A stretch of 32,000 bases of DNA, from the NCBI RefSeq assembly GCF_000253055.1, contig NC_016070.1, forward strand, positions 1,080,001 through 1,112,000, given 5' to 3'. The position numbers were made by a program, and so were the translations under genes. Under the pieces are notes generated by a model that had not been told where the DNA came from, searched no databases, and saw nothing but the letters and a program-made list of their open reading frames with translations. This DNA comes from Thermoproteus tenax Kra 1. GTDB lineage: Archaea > Thermoproteota > Thermoprotei > Thermoproteales > Thermoproteaceae. Positions 8,583 to 17,343 of the stretch are shown here, one piece after another. The stretch's first letter is position 1; every line of letters starts with the position of its first letter.

Positions 8583-9262
8583 TGCACTACTACTTGATCG
8601 AGGCCAGGGCGCCTCTGTACTCGGTGAAGGTGGTGGACGTCTACCAGGTGGCCTCCGCATATCCGCTCCCCACGCCGCACGCCGTCGTGGGGGCGCTGGG
8701 GGCGGCCATGGCCCACGCCGGCATGTGCCGGGGTTTGCAGTGTATGAAGGAGGCGGAGGGGCTGGTCGTGGCGGCTAGGCCGGCGGCTGTGGGGGAGCTG
8801 GCCAAGTTCCCCGCGGTGTTGTGGAGGACGCGGGGGGTGCTCGAGGACAAGTCCCTCCCGGCGGGCCTTGAGGACTACGCGGGCGCCCGGGACGCTATGG
8901 TTAGGGAGTACGTCTATGCCCACGCCGTCAAGATACTGCTGGTCACCAGGAAGAGAGTGCCGCAACACGTGATTAGGCTTATGGCGAGACTCGGCGACAG
9001 CGAGTCCTACGTGTCAGTCGTCGACGTCTTGGAGGGGAAGCCGAGGGAGTGCGGGGGGCTTGTCAACGTCGCCGTGAGGGCGGCGAAGGCGAGGAGAGGT
9101 AGCTACACGCTCTACCGCGCCTTAGACGAGAGGGGGAACCGGGAGCTCTTCGCATACCCCGTGGTGGAGGAGGGCGGGGTCTACAGGCGCGGCGGCGTGG
9201 AGGTTGGGTCTAAGGTGCTCTGCTTAGGCGAGGCTGTGTTCCCTGAGGGAGATGGTTGGTAG
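8579..9262 (+). CDS. cas5: Cas5a
   Basis: 227 aa. The N-terminus APLYSVKVVDVYQVASAYPLPTPHAVVGALGAAM matches the Cas5 N-terminal motif. It overlaps the cas7 stop by 4 nt. An alternative ATG start lies at 8582. Confidence 0.75.
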   Translation: MMHYYLIEARAPLYSVKVVDVYQVASAYPLPTPHAVVGALGAAMAHAGMCRGLQCMKEAEGLVVAARPAAVGELAKFPAVLWRTRGVLEDKSLPAGLEDYAGARDAMVREYVYAHAVKILLVTRKRVPQHVIRLMARLGDSESYVSVVDVLEGKPRECGGLVNVAVRAAKARRGSYTLYRALDERGNRELFAYPVVEEGGVYRRGGVEVGSKVLCLGEAVFPEGDGW

Positions 9263-10952
9263 AAGGCTTGACACGCTGGTGAGGGAGCTGAGCCTGGCGT
9301 GGTGTAGGTCGAAGGGGGAGCCCAGCTGCGCCGTGAGGGAGGACCTCCTCGCGGAGCAGGCCAAGGCGGCTGAGGTGATCGAGAGGTCAGACGGCGTGAT
9401 CCTCCTCAAGGCGCCGACGGGCTTCGGAAAGACCGAGATCTGGACAGCGCCGTTTTTCGCCCAGTGGCTCAGGGGGGAGTGGTTCGCGCCCAGGATGTAC
9501 GTCGTCGAGCCCATGCACGCCCTCCTTAGGCAGATGAAGAGGAGGATGGAGGTCTACGCCCAAGCCGTCCAAGGCCTGGGGCTCCCGAGGCTGAACGTCG
9601 CTGAGGATCACGGCGAGGTGGCGAAGCCCCTCTTCCTATACGGGGGGCACATAGTCCTCACCACAGTCGACTCGCTGGCCTACGGCTACCTCGCGAGGCG
9701 GGTACAGAGGTGGCGGGAGGAGGGCGTGGAGAGGGGAAGGTACAGCATGCCCGCGGGCCTACTCGCAAGCGCCTACATCGTCCTAGACGAGGCCCACCTC
9801 ATACAAGACGAGGCCTACCTAGGCCCCAGGGTGCTGGGGAAGATAGTCTGCGATCTGGCCTCCGCCGGAGCCAAGGTCGTCATATCCACCGCCACGGTCC
9901 CCGAGACATTCCTCAAGCACATCCCGTGCCTCGGCGGGAGGCTGACGCTTGGGTCCGGCACTGTCAGAAGAAACGTAAAGGTGGAGAGGAGGAAGGGGGT
10001 CCTCAAGGCGGAGGAAATCGAATGCGGCAAGCCCACCATCGTCATTGTGAACACTATAGAGAGGGCCCGGCGCATCTACAAACAGGTGAGGTGCGGGAAG
10101 AAGGCCGTGGTGCACTCGTTGATGAGGAGGGAGGACAAGGAGAGGCAGCTGAGCAAGGTGCTGGCGGACGGAAAGGTGGCCGAGGACGCTGTGCTGATTG
10201 GGACCCAGGCGCTTGAGGTGGGGCTCGACTTCTCCAACCTAAGGGCGCTCTACACTGAGACGGCCCCCGTAGACGCGCTGATCCAGCGCATTGGGAGGGT
10301 GGGGAGAGACGGGGATAAGGCGGAGGCCTACATCTACGAGGCCGAGGGCGATGCCCCCTACCCGCAGACCCTCATGCGGGCCACGCGCGAAGCCCTTGAG
10401 AAGGAGCTACTGGGAGGCGCCGCGCTGACGTCTTGGGAAGACGCACAGAGGGCCGTGGACAAAGTGTACAACGAGAAGGCCGTGGAGGAGCTCATGACGA
10501 GGGGGCTGGCGTGGTACGGCCAAGCGCTCGGCTACCTGCAGGAGCTGTCCCTCTTCTCCTACCCGCCCAGAGGAGAGGTGAGGATAAGGCCCTCCAACTA
10601 CATCACGCTTGTTATTGCTGACGTGAAGCAGGATGGGGATAAGGGGCGGTACATCACGGAGGACGACGTGGAGAGAGGCGCGATGAAGATGAGCTACACC
10701 TCCAGAGACGACCCCAGGATTAACGCCCTGCTCCAGAAGGTATCCACCGCATATACGGTGAGGGGGGTTGCCACGGCGAAGGACGAGACCCGCTACTACC
10801 TAAGCGAGCTCCGGAGGAGCTGGGATGGGGTTGAGGTAGTTGTGGTGGACAGGAGGGACGTGGAGGAGCTGTACGACGAGGCGGGGCTCGACGTGGCGCA
10901 GCTCAGCGGCGGAGGCCAGAAGAGGAAGGGAAGGGGGCGGAGGAGGCGATGA
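9252..10952 (+). CDS. cas3: Cas3' SF2 helicase
   Basis: 566 aa. Motif I is KAPTGFGKTE, motif II is LDEAH, motif III is STAT and motif VI is QRIGRVGR. Confidence 0.9.
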   Translation: MVGRRLDTLVRELSLAWCRSKGEPSCAVREDLLAEQAKAAEVIERSDGVILLKAPTGFGKTEIWTAPFFAQWLRGEWFAPRMYVVEPMHALLRQMKRRMEVYAQAVQGLGLPRLNVAEDHGEVAKPLFLYGGHIVLTTVDSLAYGYLARRVQRWREEGVERGRYSMPAGLLASAYIVLDEAHLIQDEAYLGPRVLGKIVCDLASAGAKVVISTATVPETFLKHIPCLGGRLTLGSGTVRRNVKVERRKGVLKAEEIECGKPTIVIVNTIERARRIYKQVRCGKKAVVHSLMRREDKERQLSKVLADGKVAEDAVLIGTQALEVGLDFSNLRALYTETAPVDALIQRIGRVGRDGDKAEAYIYEAEGDAPYPQTLMRATREALEKELLGGAALTSWEDAQRAVDKVYNEKAVEELMTRGLAWYGQALGYLQELSLFSYPPRGEVRIRPSNYITLVIADVKQDGDKGRYITEDDVERGAMKMSYTSRDDPRINALLQKVSTAYTVRGVATAKDETRYYLSELRRSWDGVEVVVVDRRDVEELYDEAGLDVAQLSGGGQKRKGRGRRRR

Positions 10953-11629
10953 GCTGCTGCGCCTACTTCCGGGGGAGGGACTGCCTCCAGACCTACGAAG
11001 ACCACATCACGCAGGCTCTGGAGGCGTGTGAAAGGCTGAGGCCCTACTACGGCCGCTGGATGGAGAAGGCATTTGGGACCGCCGACGCCGCCGCCCTAGC
11101 CGTGGAGTTCCACGACCTAGGCAAGCTCGCCAAGGCTTACATAGCCGGCAACCGCGCCAGATATAGGCACGAGGTGTTGGGGGCCTACTTTGCGTTGAAG
11201 ACCCTACAGACGGAGGCGAGATACTACGTGGCGGCGGCGGTCGCGCTCCACCACGAGCCCATGATCCTCGCCGCCTACGCCGGCGAGCTCGGCGAGAGGG
11301 CTATCCACGTCTCCACGCTGAGGGCCATGCTGAAGGACTCCGACCTGAGCCTCGGTTGCACCCCCAACTACAGCTACAGGCCTGAGGTAGCCGCGGCGCT
11401 GAGGGAGTGGGCAAGCAGACCGCCCACCGCCGACGACGTGGCCGACGCCTTCCAGGAGCTCGCCGTGTATCTTAGCGGCGGCGCCCCCGAGGAGGCGAGG
11501 GTCAAACGGCTGAGGGTGGCCGGGCTACTACACGTGCTGACCGTATGCGACAACTGGGGAGCGAGGGGCCGTCCAGGAGAGGGAACCTTCATTAGCAGAT
11601 ACATGACAGTGAGCGAGCTGGGGCTATGA
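10949..11629 (+). CDS. cas3: Cas3'' HD nuclease
   Basis: 226 aa. HD-domain residues are FHDLGKL, YRHEVLG and ALHHEP. It overlaps cas3' by 4 nt. Confidence 0.85.
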   Translation: MSCCAYFRGRDCLQTYEDHITQALEACERLRPYYGRWMEKAFGTADAAALAVEFHDLGKLAKAYIAGNRARYRHEVLGAYFALKTLQTEARYYVAAAVALHHEPMILAAYAGELGERAIHVSTLRAMLKDSDLSLGCTPNYSYRPEVAAALREWASRPPTADDVADAFQELAVYLSGGAPEEARVKRLRVAGLLHVLTVCDNWGARGRPGEGTFISRYMTVSELGL

Positions 11630-12711
11630 CCCAGTGCCCCCAGGAGATGATCACGCCGGGCCACGGCATTATAGCCGACGCCCTCATCATGCACGGCCTC
11701 ATCAAGATCCTCCACATCGAGGGGAAGATGGAGGGGTGGGCAGAGCGGCGAGGCGAGAGATTCGTCGTATGCGCCGAGAGGCCGGATCTGAACTGGATAG
11801 ACCAGTGGGAGCCCATGGAGCTCCTCGAGATCGCCGCGGAGTTCAAGGCGAAGGGCAAGGATAGGGCATCGGAAGAGGAGGAGCAGAGGCCCTACTTCGG
11901 CTTGGTGCACGACCTTTCCAGATCCACAGTGGACCCGGGCAACTTCTCCAGCTGGATCTCCGACGTCAGAGAGGCGCTGTATGCGCTCAAGGCGGACTTC
12001 GACCTCTCCGAGGAGCACAAGGAGAAGAGGGGGGAGGGCCGCGCCCGCTCAAAGAAACGCGGGTACTACACGCTCTACCTCCCCCTCTCGGGGGTCTACG
12101 GCAAATACGTCGTGGAGAACTACGGCATAAGGCAGTCCCAGTACGCGGTCTGCGCCACGTGCTTCGCCCTCAGCACCCTGGGCTACATCTACGGCACCGT
12201 AAAGGCGCGGGTGGAGCGGAGGTCCTCCTCCGGCGGGGGACACGACGTCTTCAACCTCACGTTTATCCCAAGGGAGAGGACGTCGCTGAGGTCCCTCATG
12301 GCGCTTCAGAGGATGGCAGGTCTCGTAGAGATGCGGCCGGGGGATCTAAACGAGCTGGGGGCAGTGGTGTACATGCTGTCGGTCGGCGAGACCATATACG
12401 CGGTGAGAGAGGGCGTGGACATCCTCGTCTGGGTCACCCAGAGGGCCGGCAACTTCCAGAGGACCGTCGGGGTCAACATATTCAGAGGCGACAGACTGTT
12501 GGAGGCCATCGCAGAGATCAAGTACAGAGCCCCCAGTTGGCCCAAGATAGCGAGGCAGCTCGGCAGCTCCCTAAACGTCCTAGGCGAGTACCTCGCCTTC
12601 GGCGGCGACGTGTACCACGTCATTAGGTCGGTGATGGCCGACTTGGGGAGGAAAGGGGGGAAGTTGGCCGGGCTGGAAGGTCTCGCAGAAGCCCTTAAAA
12701 AGATAGGCTAG
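11626..12711 (+). CDS. cas8a2: Cas8a2 (Csa4-like) large subunit
   Basis: 361 aa. It is the last canonical gene of the csa5-cas7-cas5-cas3'-cas3'' string and overlaps cas3'' by 4 nt. The call is positional and size-based, with no diagnostic motif recognised. Confidence 0.55.
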   Translation: MTQCPQEMITPGHGIIADALIMHGLIKILHIEGKMEGWAERRGERFVVCAERPDLNWIDQWEPMELLEIAAEFKAKGKDRASEEEEQRPYFGLVHDLSRSTVDPGNFSSWISDVREALYALKADFDLSEEHKEKRGEGRARSKKRGYYTLYLPLSGVYGKYVVENYGIRQSQYAVCATCFALSTLGYIYGTVKARVERRSSSGGGHDVFNLTFIPRERTSLRSLMALQRMAGLVEMRPGDLNELGAVVYMLSVGETIYAVREGVDILVWVTQRAGNFQRTVGVNIFRGDRLLEAIAEIKYRAPSWPKIARQLGSSLNVLGEYLAFGGDVYHVIRSVMADLGRKGGKLAGLEGLAEALKKIG

Positions 12712-12720
12712 AACAAACCC

Positions 12721-13578
12721 GTGTTCAAATTCGAGTTCTGCCCCACGCGGTCGCGCTGCCTCACCAGAGGGAGTGGGGAAATGGCGGACGTCACAGTGAT
12801 AATGGGCCCTCCGAGGGCCGGGAAATCCCTATTCCTCGCCCTCCTCTACGGCCTGTCCTACTACTCCAGACAGGGCAGAATTCCCGGCTTCCTGCGGGAG
12901 CTGGCCGAGAGCTACCTCGGCGCTGGGGGCCACATAGGCCTTGAGACGGAGGACGGCGTCGTCAGATGCGAAAGCACGGCCGACGGGGTCTCATGCACCG
13001 CAGACGCCAGGCGCCAGTTCATGGCCTACCTCCTATACGAGGGCCTGGAGTACACACTGAGGTTCAGACACTGCGCACCCCCCGACGAGAGGGGGGAAGT
13101 GTTGGCGTACATAGAAAAGGCCGTGATGAAGAAAGCCGGCGAGAGGTACCCGGTGGCGGTACGCGGCGGAGAGCTGTGGGAGGAAGTAGGCGGCAGGCAC
13201 CTGCCCATAAGGCACTCCTCCAACGCGGTTGTCCTCGTCGGTGTGCTCGAGCGCCTCGCCAGCTACGCCTCAGAAGGCGAGATGCTCCTCCTCGACGGCA
13301 CCCTCGACGGCCTCTACCCAGACGACGCCGCCTACCTCGCCTACCGGATAGCCCAGGCGGCCTCCCGAGGCGCAAGAGCAGTGGTGGCCACCCACCTCCC
13401 CCTCATCTACGACCTATTCAACAACCTAGACGCAGTGGCGGAGTACCTAAGAAGGGAGAAGCTACGCGTGGAGACGGCCGGCTGGATCTTCCACGCGGGG
13501 GAGATAACCCCCGCCGACTACAACCTAACCCCCTACGGCAGAGTCCTCATGGAGATATACAGCAAGATATACCGATGA
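12721..13578 (+). CDS. ABC/AAA_21-like P-loop ATPase with non-canonical Walker B
   Basis: 285 aa from GTG 12721, 9 nt after the cas8a2 stop. An alternative ATG lies at 12781, preceded by GGGAGTGGGG. Walker A is GPPRAGKS. RHSSNAV resembles the ABC signature. Walker B is MLLLDG, with Gly where the catalytic Glu is expected. The H-loop is VVATHLP. Confidence 0.65.
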   Translation: MFKFEFCPTRSRCLTRGSGEMADVTVIMGPPRAGKSLFLALLYGLSYYSRQGRIPGFLRELAESYLGAGGHIGLETEDGVVRCESTADGVSCTADARRQFMAYLLYEGLEYTLRFRHCAPPDERGEVLAYIEKAVMKKAGERYPVAVRGGELWEEVGGRHLPIRHSSNAVVLVGVLERLASYASEGEMLLLDGTLDGLYPDDAAYLAYRIAQAASRGARAVVATHLPLIYDLFNNLDAVAEYLRREKLRVETAGWIFHAGEITPADYNLTPYGRVLMEIYSKIYR

Positions 13579-14015
13579 GCTGCTGCCCCTGCATCGCCAG
13601 ACTCGACATACCAGACGGCGGCAAACACGTCACGAAGTACCTACGCATCTCCCAGATGCAGAGCCACGACCCCAACGAAGTCCACAAATACCTCAGCCAC
13701 GTTCTAGACGACAGCATCTCCGACGACTGCCTACGCCACAGAGACAACGCCGTAGACTGCTACTTCCTCGACAGCAGCGGCCAGAAAATCGGCGTTGAGT
13801 TCACCACAAAACTCGACACAAGCCACATAAATACCAAGACGATCGACGGCAAGCAATGCGACGCCTCCCGCTGCAGAGCGGTCATAGTGTTGCCGGCCAA
13901 GAACGCCCCAGATATCCGAATGAAGACGGGAATACTCACATGCCGAAGCCACAGAGACTGCGCCAAACTCCCCCACCTCCTGCTTGAGTACGAGATAGTA
14001 ATCGTGTACATTTGA
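13575..14015 (+). CDS. Cys-rich 146-aa protein of unknown function (possible PD-(D/E)xK-like nuclease)
   Basis: The ATG at 13575 overlaps the ATPase stop (ATGA). The amino-acid composition is balanced, unlike the R/P/G-rich spurious frames elsewhere. It has 9 Cys, including an N-terminal MSCCPC. AVDCYFLDSSGQKIGVEFTTK loosely resembles a D..E..K nuclease core. Caveat: the coding strand is unusually G-poor for this locus. Confidence 0.45.
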   Translation: MSCCPCIARLDIPDGGKHVTKYLRISQMQSHDPNEVHKYLSHVLDDSISDDCLRHRDNAVDCYFLDSSGQKIGVEFTTKLDTSHINTKTIDGKQCDASRCRAVIVLPAKNAPDIRMKTGILTCRSHRDCAKLPHLLLEYEIVIVYI

Positions 14016-14078
14016 ACGCGCCAAGTGCCCGTATAGCTCAGTCCCGCCTACACGGCCAGCTTACGAAACGCCAAGCGG

Positions 14079-15084
14079 TCAACCTTCGTAGAGGATTGAG
14101 GCCAGCTGCTTAACCCTGCCTGTCAACAAATCGGGGCTCAACCCCATCGACTTCAGAGCTTGCTCCGCCTCGGGCGGCAGCTCGGCGAGGTCGCTGGGGC
14201 TTGAGATCCTCAAGAGCGAGGCCCCGCCCTCCGTCTTATAGACGAAATAGGCGGGCACGCCCCTCTTCAACGCGATCAACACGTCGTCCACGTAGTTGCT
14301 CTCGAACACAGTGACCCCCCTCCTCCTCCTCGCCAGTATCCTCTCCACGAACCTCAGCCTAACCGGCTCGTAAAGAGACACCTCAGACAGATCGATGTGG
14401 AGCGGAGCGTCCCAAGCCGTGTAGGCCCTGTGCAGAACACCATAGATAGCCTCCACCCCCCTCCCCGCCTCCTCCGGGCTGAGCTTAAGGCCCACAACCT
14501 CGTCATATGCCCCACCTGGCGAAATCACATAGCCGCCAGTCCGTTCCTCAAAAGGCTCGGCAGGGCCGGGCTCAGGCCTCAGAAGTCTCGCTACGTAGAG
14601 GGCTAGCTTGCGGGCCGTCCCCTCCGTCCCCCGCTCAAGCTCGCCCTCAACGCTCAACCCCTCCGGAGACGCCGCCAGCTCCTGGTCTAGCTCGACCGAG
14701 AAGTCCAAGACGTGGGGCTCGTCGCCAGCCACAGCGACAGGTCACCCTCCCATAGTCGCACTGGGCCAACCTGTTGGCGTGATCCGCAGAAACCTTCCGA
14801 AGCTCCTCCACCACGTCATGGGGAAACGGCACGCCGTAGCACTTCGACCTAGGAAACGGCAAGCCCTCCACAGACACGCTTACACGACCCCGAGGCGTCC
14901 TCCTCCAAGCGCTGACACGTCTCCCCAGGTACAGCCCCCTCCCCCACTCCAAGTAGCCAAACGCCGTAATCGCGGTATATATCGTGGTCTTCCCCACCCC
15001 ATTCGGCCCAAAGAGCAGAAAAACCTCAGGAAGCTCCACATTGAGCTCCCTAATAACGCCAAAATTCTCAACAACAACCCTCAT
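14079..15084 (-). pseudogene. ABC/SMC-like ATPase split by a 1-nt frameshift
   Basis: The N-terminal frame (from ATG 15084) reads MRVVVENFGVIRELNVELPEVFLLFGPNGVGKTT, a Walker A preceded by the typical beta strands. The C-terminal frame (14732..14079) carries a signature-like YVISPGG, a Walker-B-like LHIDLSEVSLYEP, then VTVFESNY where the H-loop is expected. The frames switch at about 14740-14745 (GGGAGGGTGACC). A TGA at 14744-14742 closes the C-terminal frame upstream. Confidence 0.6.
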
Positions 15085-15171
15085 ACCCCCCTCAACACAG
15101 AAGTTATTATACATCCCAACGCACTCCCCACCGCCGACGCGGCACCAACCCCTCCTCCACAGCGACCTGCC

Positions 15172-16997
15172 CCCTCAACCGCCATCACGAGATTCAACGC
15201 CGAATACATGCCAAGCGAGGACATAGTTCCATACATGCTCTTTCAATCTTCTATTTAAGACTCTATATGTGCTGATGCGGCTTGAGGACGCACTAGATGA
15301 GATTGAAGCTTTCAATCCTCAACTTGAGATTCGCCGGTCAGGCGCGTCCTTGAGGAGTTCGTCTCGAGGTCGCCCATCGCTTTCAATCCTCTTTTTGAGA
15401 TTCCGAGCTCAATTTCCCCGGCCTCATTGACTTTGTACTTGGGTCTTTCAATCCTCTTTTTGAGATTCTGAAGGCCCAAACTCAGATCCAGAAAAGAATA
15501 AAAATAAATCTTTCAATCCTCTTTTTGAGATTCCGTGCTACTTCCGGCCGGGACAACTATCACGTACTCGTTCTCCGCCTTTCAATCCTCTTTTTGAGAT
15601 TCCGCCGGGCTCCCCGCGGCCATCATCGCGTCAGGCTGTCGCTTTCAATCCTCTTTTTGAGATTCTAGGTTCTACGGATAATATAATGCAGGTATTTGTA
15701 GAAAGTTCACTTTCAATCCTCTTTTTGAGATTCTATCGTTACGTTGTCGTACCAAACGACTTGAGCCGGCTGATCTTTCAATCCTCTTTTTGAGATTCGA
15801 GATACATATCGTTGAGCGTGGCATTAGATGCTTTGTCGATACTTTCAATCCTCTTTTTGAGATTCCGAGCCAGGCGGGCACGTTCAACTGGTGGGATCTC
15901 ATCTTTCAATCCTCTTTTTGAGATTCCCCGAAACCCAAATGGACAGCAGAATTCTGGCGATAAAGGCGGAGATCTTTCAATCCTCTTTTTGAGATTCAAG
16001 AGGTAGTTAAGCACTTCAACGCAATAGGCTTTATGCCCTGCTTTCAATCCTCTTTTTGAGATTCTATATGAGACCAACCACGAGACTGAGTTCTATATTG
16101 ATCCATTACTTTCAATCCTCTTTTTGAGATTCCGACGCCCGCGTCATCCCCAACGTCGGAGATGCAGGTCTTTCAATCCTCTTTTTGAGATTCAGCGTGG
16201 CTCCACTCGTCGGAGCATGCGACGAAGGCCGGCCTTTCAATCCTCTTTTTGAGATTCCCTGGCTGTGTAAAGGTTGTCGAAGTACCTGGTCAACCTTTCA
16301 ATCCTCTTTTTGAGATTCAGCACGATGAGGAGGCCGAGGAACCCCTTGAACCTGTCCCCTTTCAATCCTCTTTTTGAGATTCTTCTTCAGCCACCACCAG
16401 AATAGGAAGGCCGCCACGATGAACTTTCAATCCTCTTTTTGAGATTCAGCCACCGCGAAGTAGTTGAGACAGCGCCGGCGTGACGTTCAACTTTCAATCC
16501 TCTTTTTGAGATTCAAAGCCGAGGTGAACAATTTTTATTGGTCTTAATGTATTCCCCTTTCAATCCTCTTTTTGAGATTCAGGGAACATATACAAATTAT
16601 AAGGCCTTAATAACAATAGAGAACTGCGACTTTCAATCCTCTTTTTGAGATTCACTGTTATGAGACCGTCCCCGTACTGGTAGACCTTGTACCCCTTGCT
16701 CTGACTTTCAATCCTCTTTTTGAGATTCGGTTCACTGAGAGGTACGGAGAATCCATGCACTGGCCTTGCGGCTTTCAATCCTCTTTTTGAGATTCAAACA
16801 AATTAGGAGATGTAGTGATAGCGAAAAGGAACGAGGCTTTCAATCCTCTTTTTGAGATTCCACGAGCATCCCCAAGCCCGAAGTAATTGTCAAATACCCA
16901 GAGCTCTTTCAATCCTCTTTTTGAGATTCAAAGCTTAGAATTGGAATTTCTACTATTGCGCTTAGATAGCTATCTTTCAATCCTCTTTTTGAGATTC
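15172..16997 (-). CRISPR. CRISPR array 2 (25 intact repeats plus 3 decayed trailer repeats; A11 repeat variant)
   Basis: The plus strand shows CTTTCAATCCTCTTTTTGAGATTC, which is GAATCTCAAAAAGAGGATTGAAAG on the minus strand. There are 25 copies from 15380-15403 to 16974-16997. Spacers are 37-51 nt. Decayed repeats lie in register at 15309-15332 (3 mismatches), 15240-15263 (4) and 15172-15195 (9). The leader is on the high-coordinate side. Confidence 0.98.
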
Positions 16998-17309
16998 CGG
17001 GCCTTCTGGGTTTTGGTTTTTGGCTGTTTTTAAGTTTTTCTCTGGTGGGTTTTGCGTTGATTGCAGCGTGTTCTTGAGATAGCTCTCCCCGGACTGCTGA
17101 TTTCTCTAGAACTGGCCCCCTGCGTCCCGCAGTTGAAGGCGCGTGTTTGACTGTCGGCGACGCCGTCCGCCGTTGTTCTGCACGGCGATTTATATGCGGG
17201 ATCCCCGCTTGACAAAAACACAACGGCGGAGGAGTAGAACGATTTTACAGAAAGAAAGGGCAAGTTGCACGACGATTTTTAAACGCCGGGAATTATTTAG
17301 GATATATAG
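16998..17309 (-). promoter_or_regulatory. CRISPR-2 leader
   Basis: The reverse complement is homologous to leaders 1 and 3. The distal 73 nt (17309 down to 17237) are identical to leader 3. The proximal part CCAGAGAAAAACTTAAAAACAGCCAAAAACCAAAACCCAGAAGGCCCG is nearly identical to leader 3 and contains a BRE/TATA-like AAAACTTAAAAA. Confidence 0.75.
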
Positions 17310-17343
17310 GTTCTCCAATTTCGTGGACCCGCTGACCGGACGT

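Noticed and set aside
12966-14015. 349-aa ORF spanning the ATPase gene in another frame.
   Set aside because: The first ~200 codons are R/P/G-rich and overlap the motif-bearing ATPase frame. Only the last 146 codons, from ATG 13575 onward, have protein-like composition and a coupled start.
14027-14043. GCCCGTATAGCTCAGTC resembles the 5' acceptor/D-arm start of a tRNA. It could be a possible att remnant of an integrated element between the convergent ATPase genes.
   Set aside because: Only about 17 nt match. The D-loop GG and the D-stem return strand are absent, and no cloverleaf can be folded. The match is too short to separate from chance.
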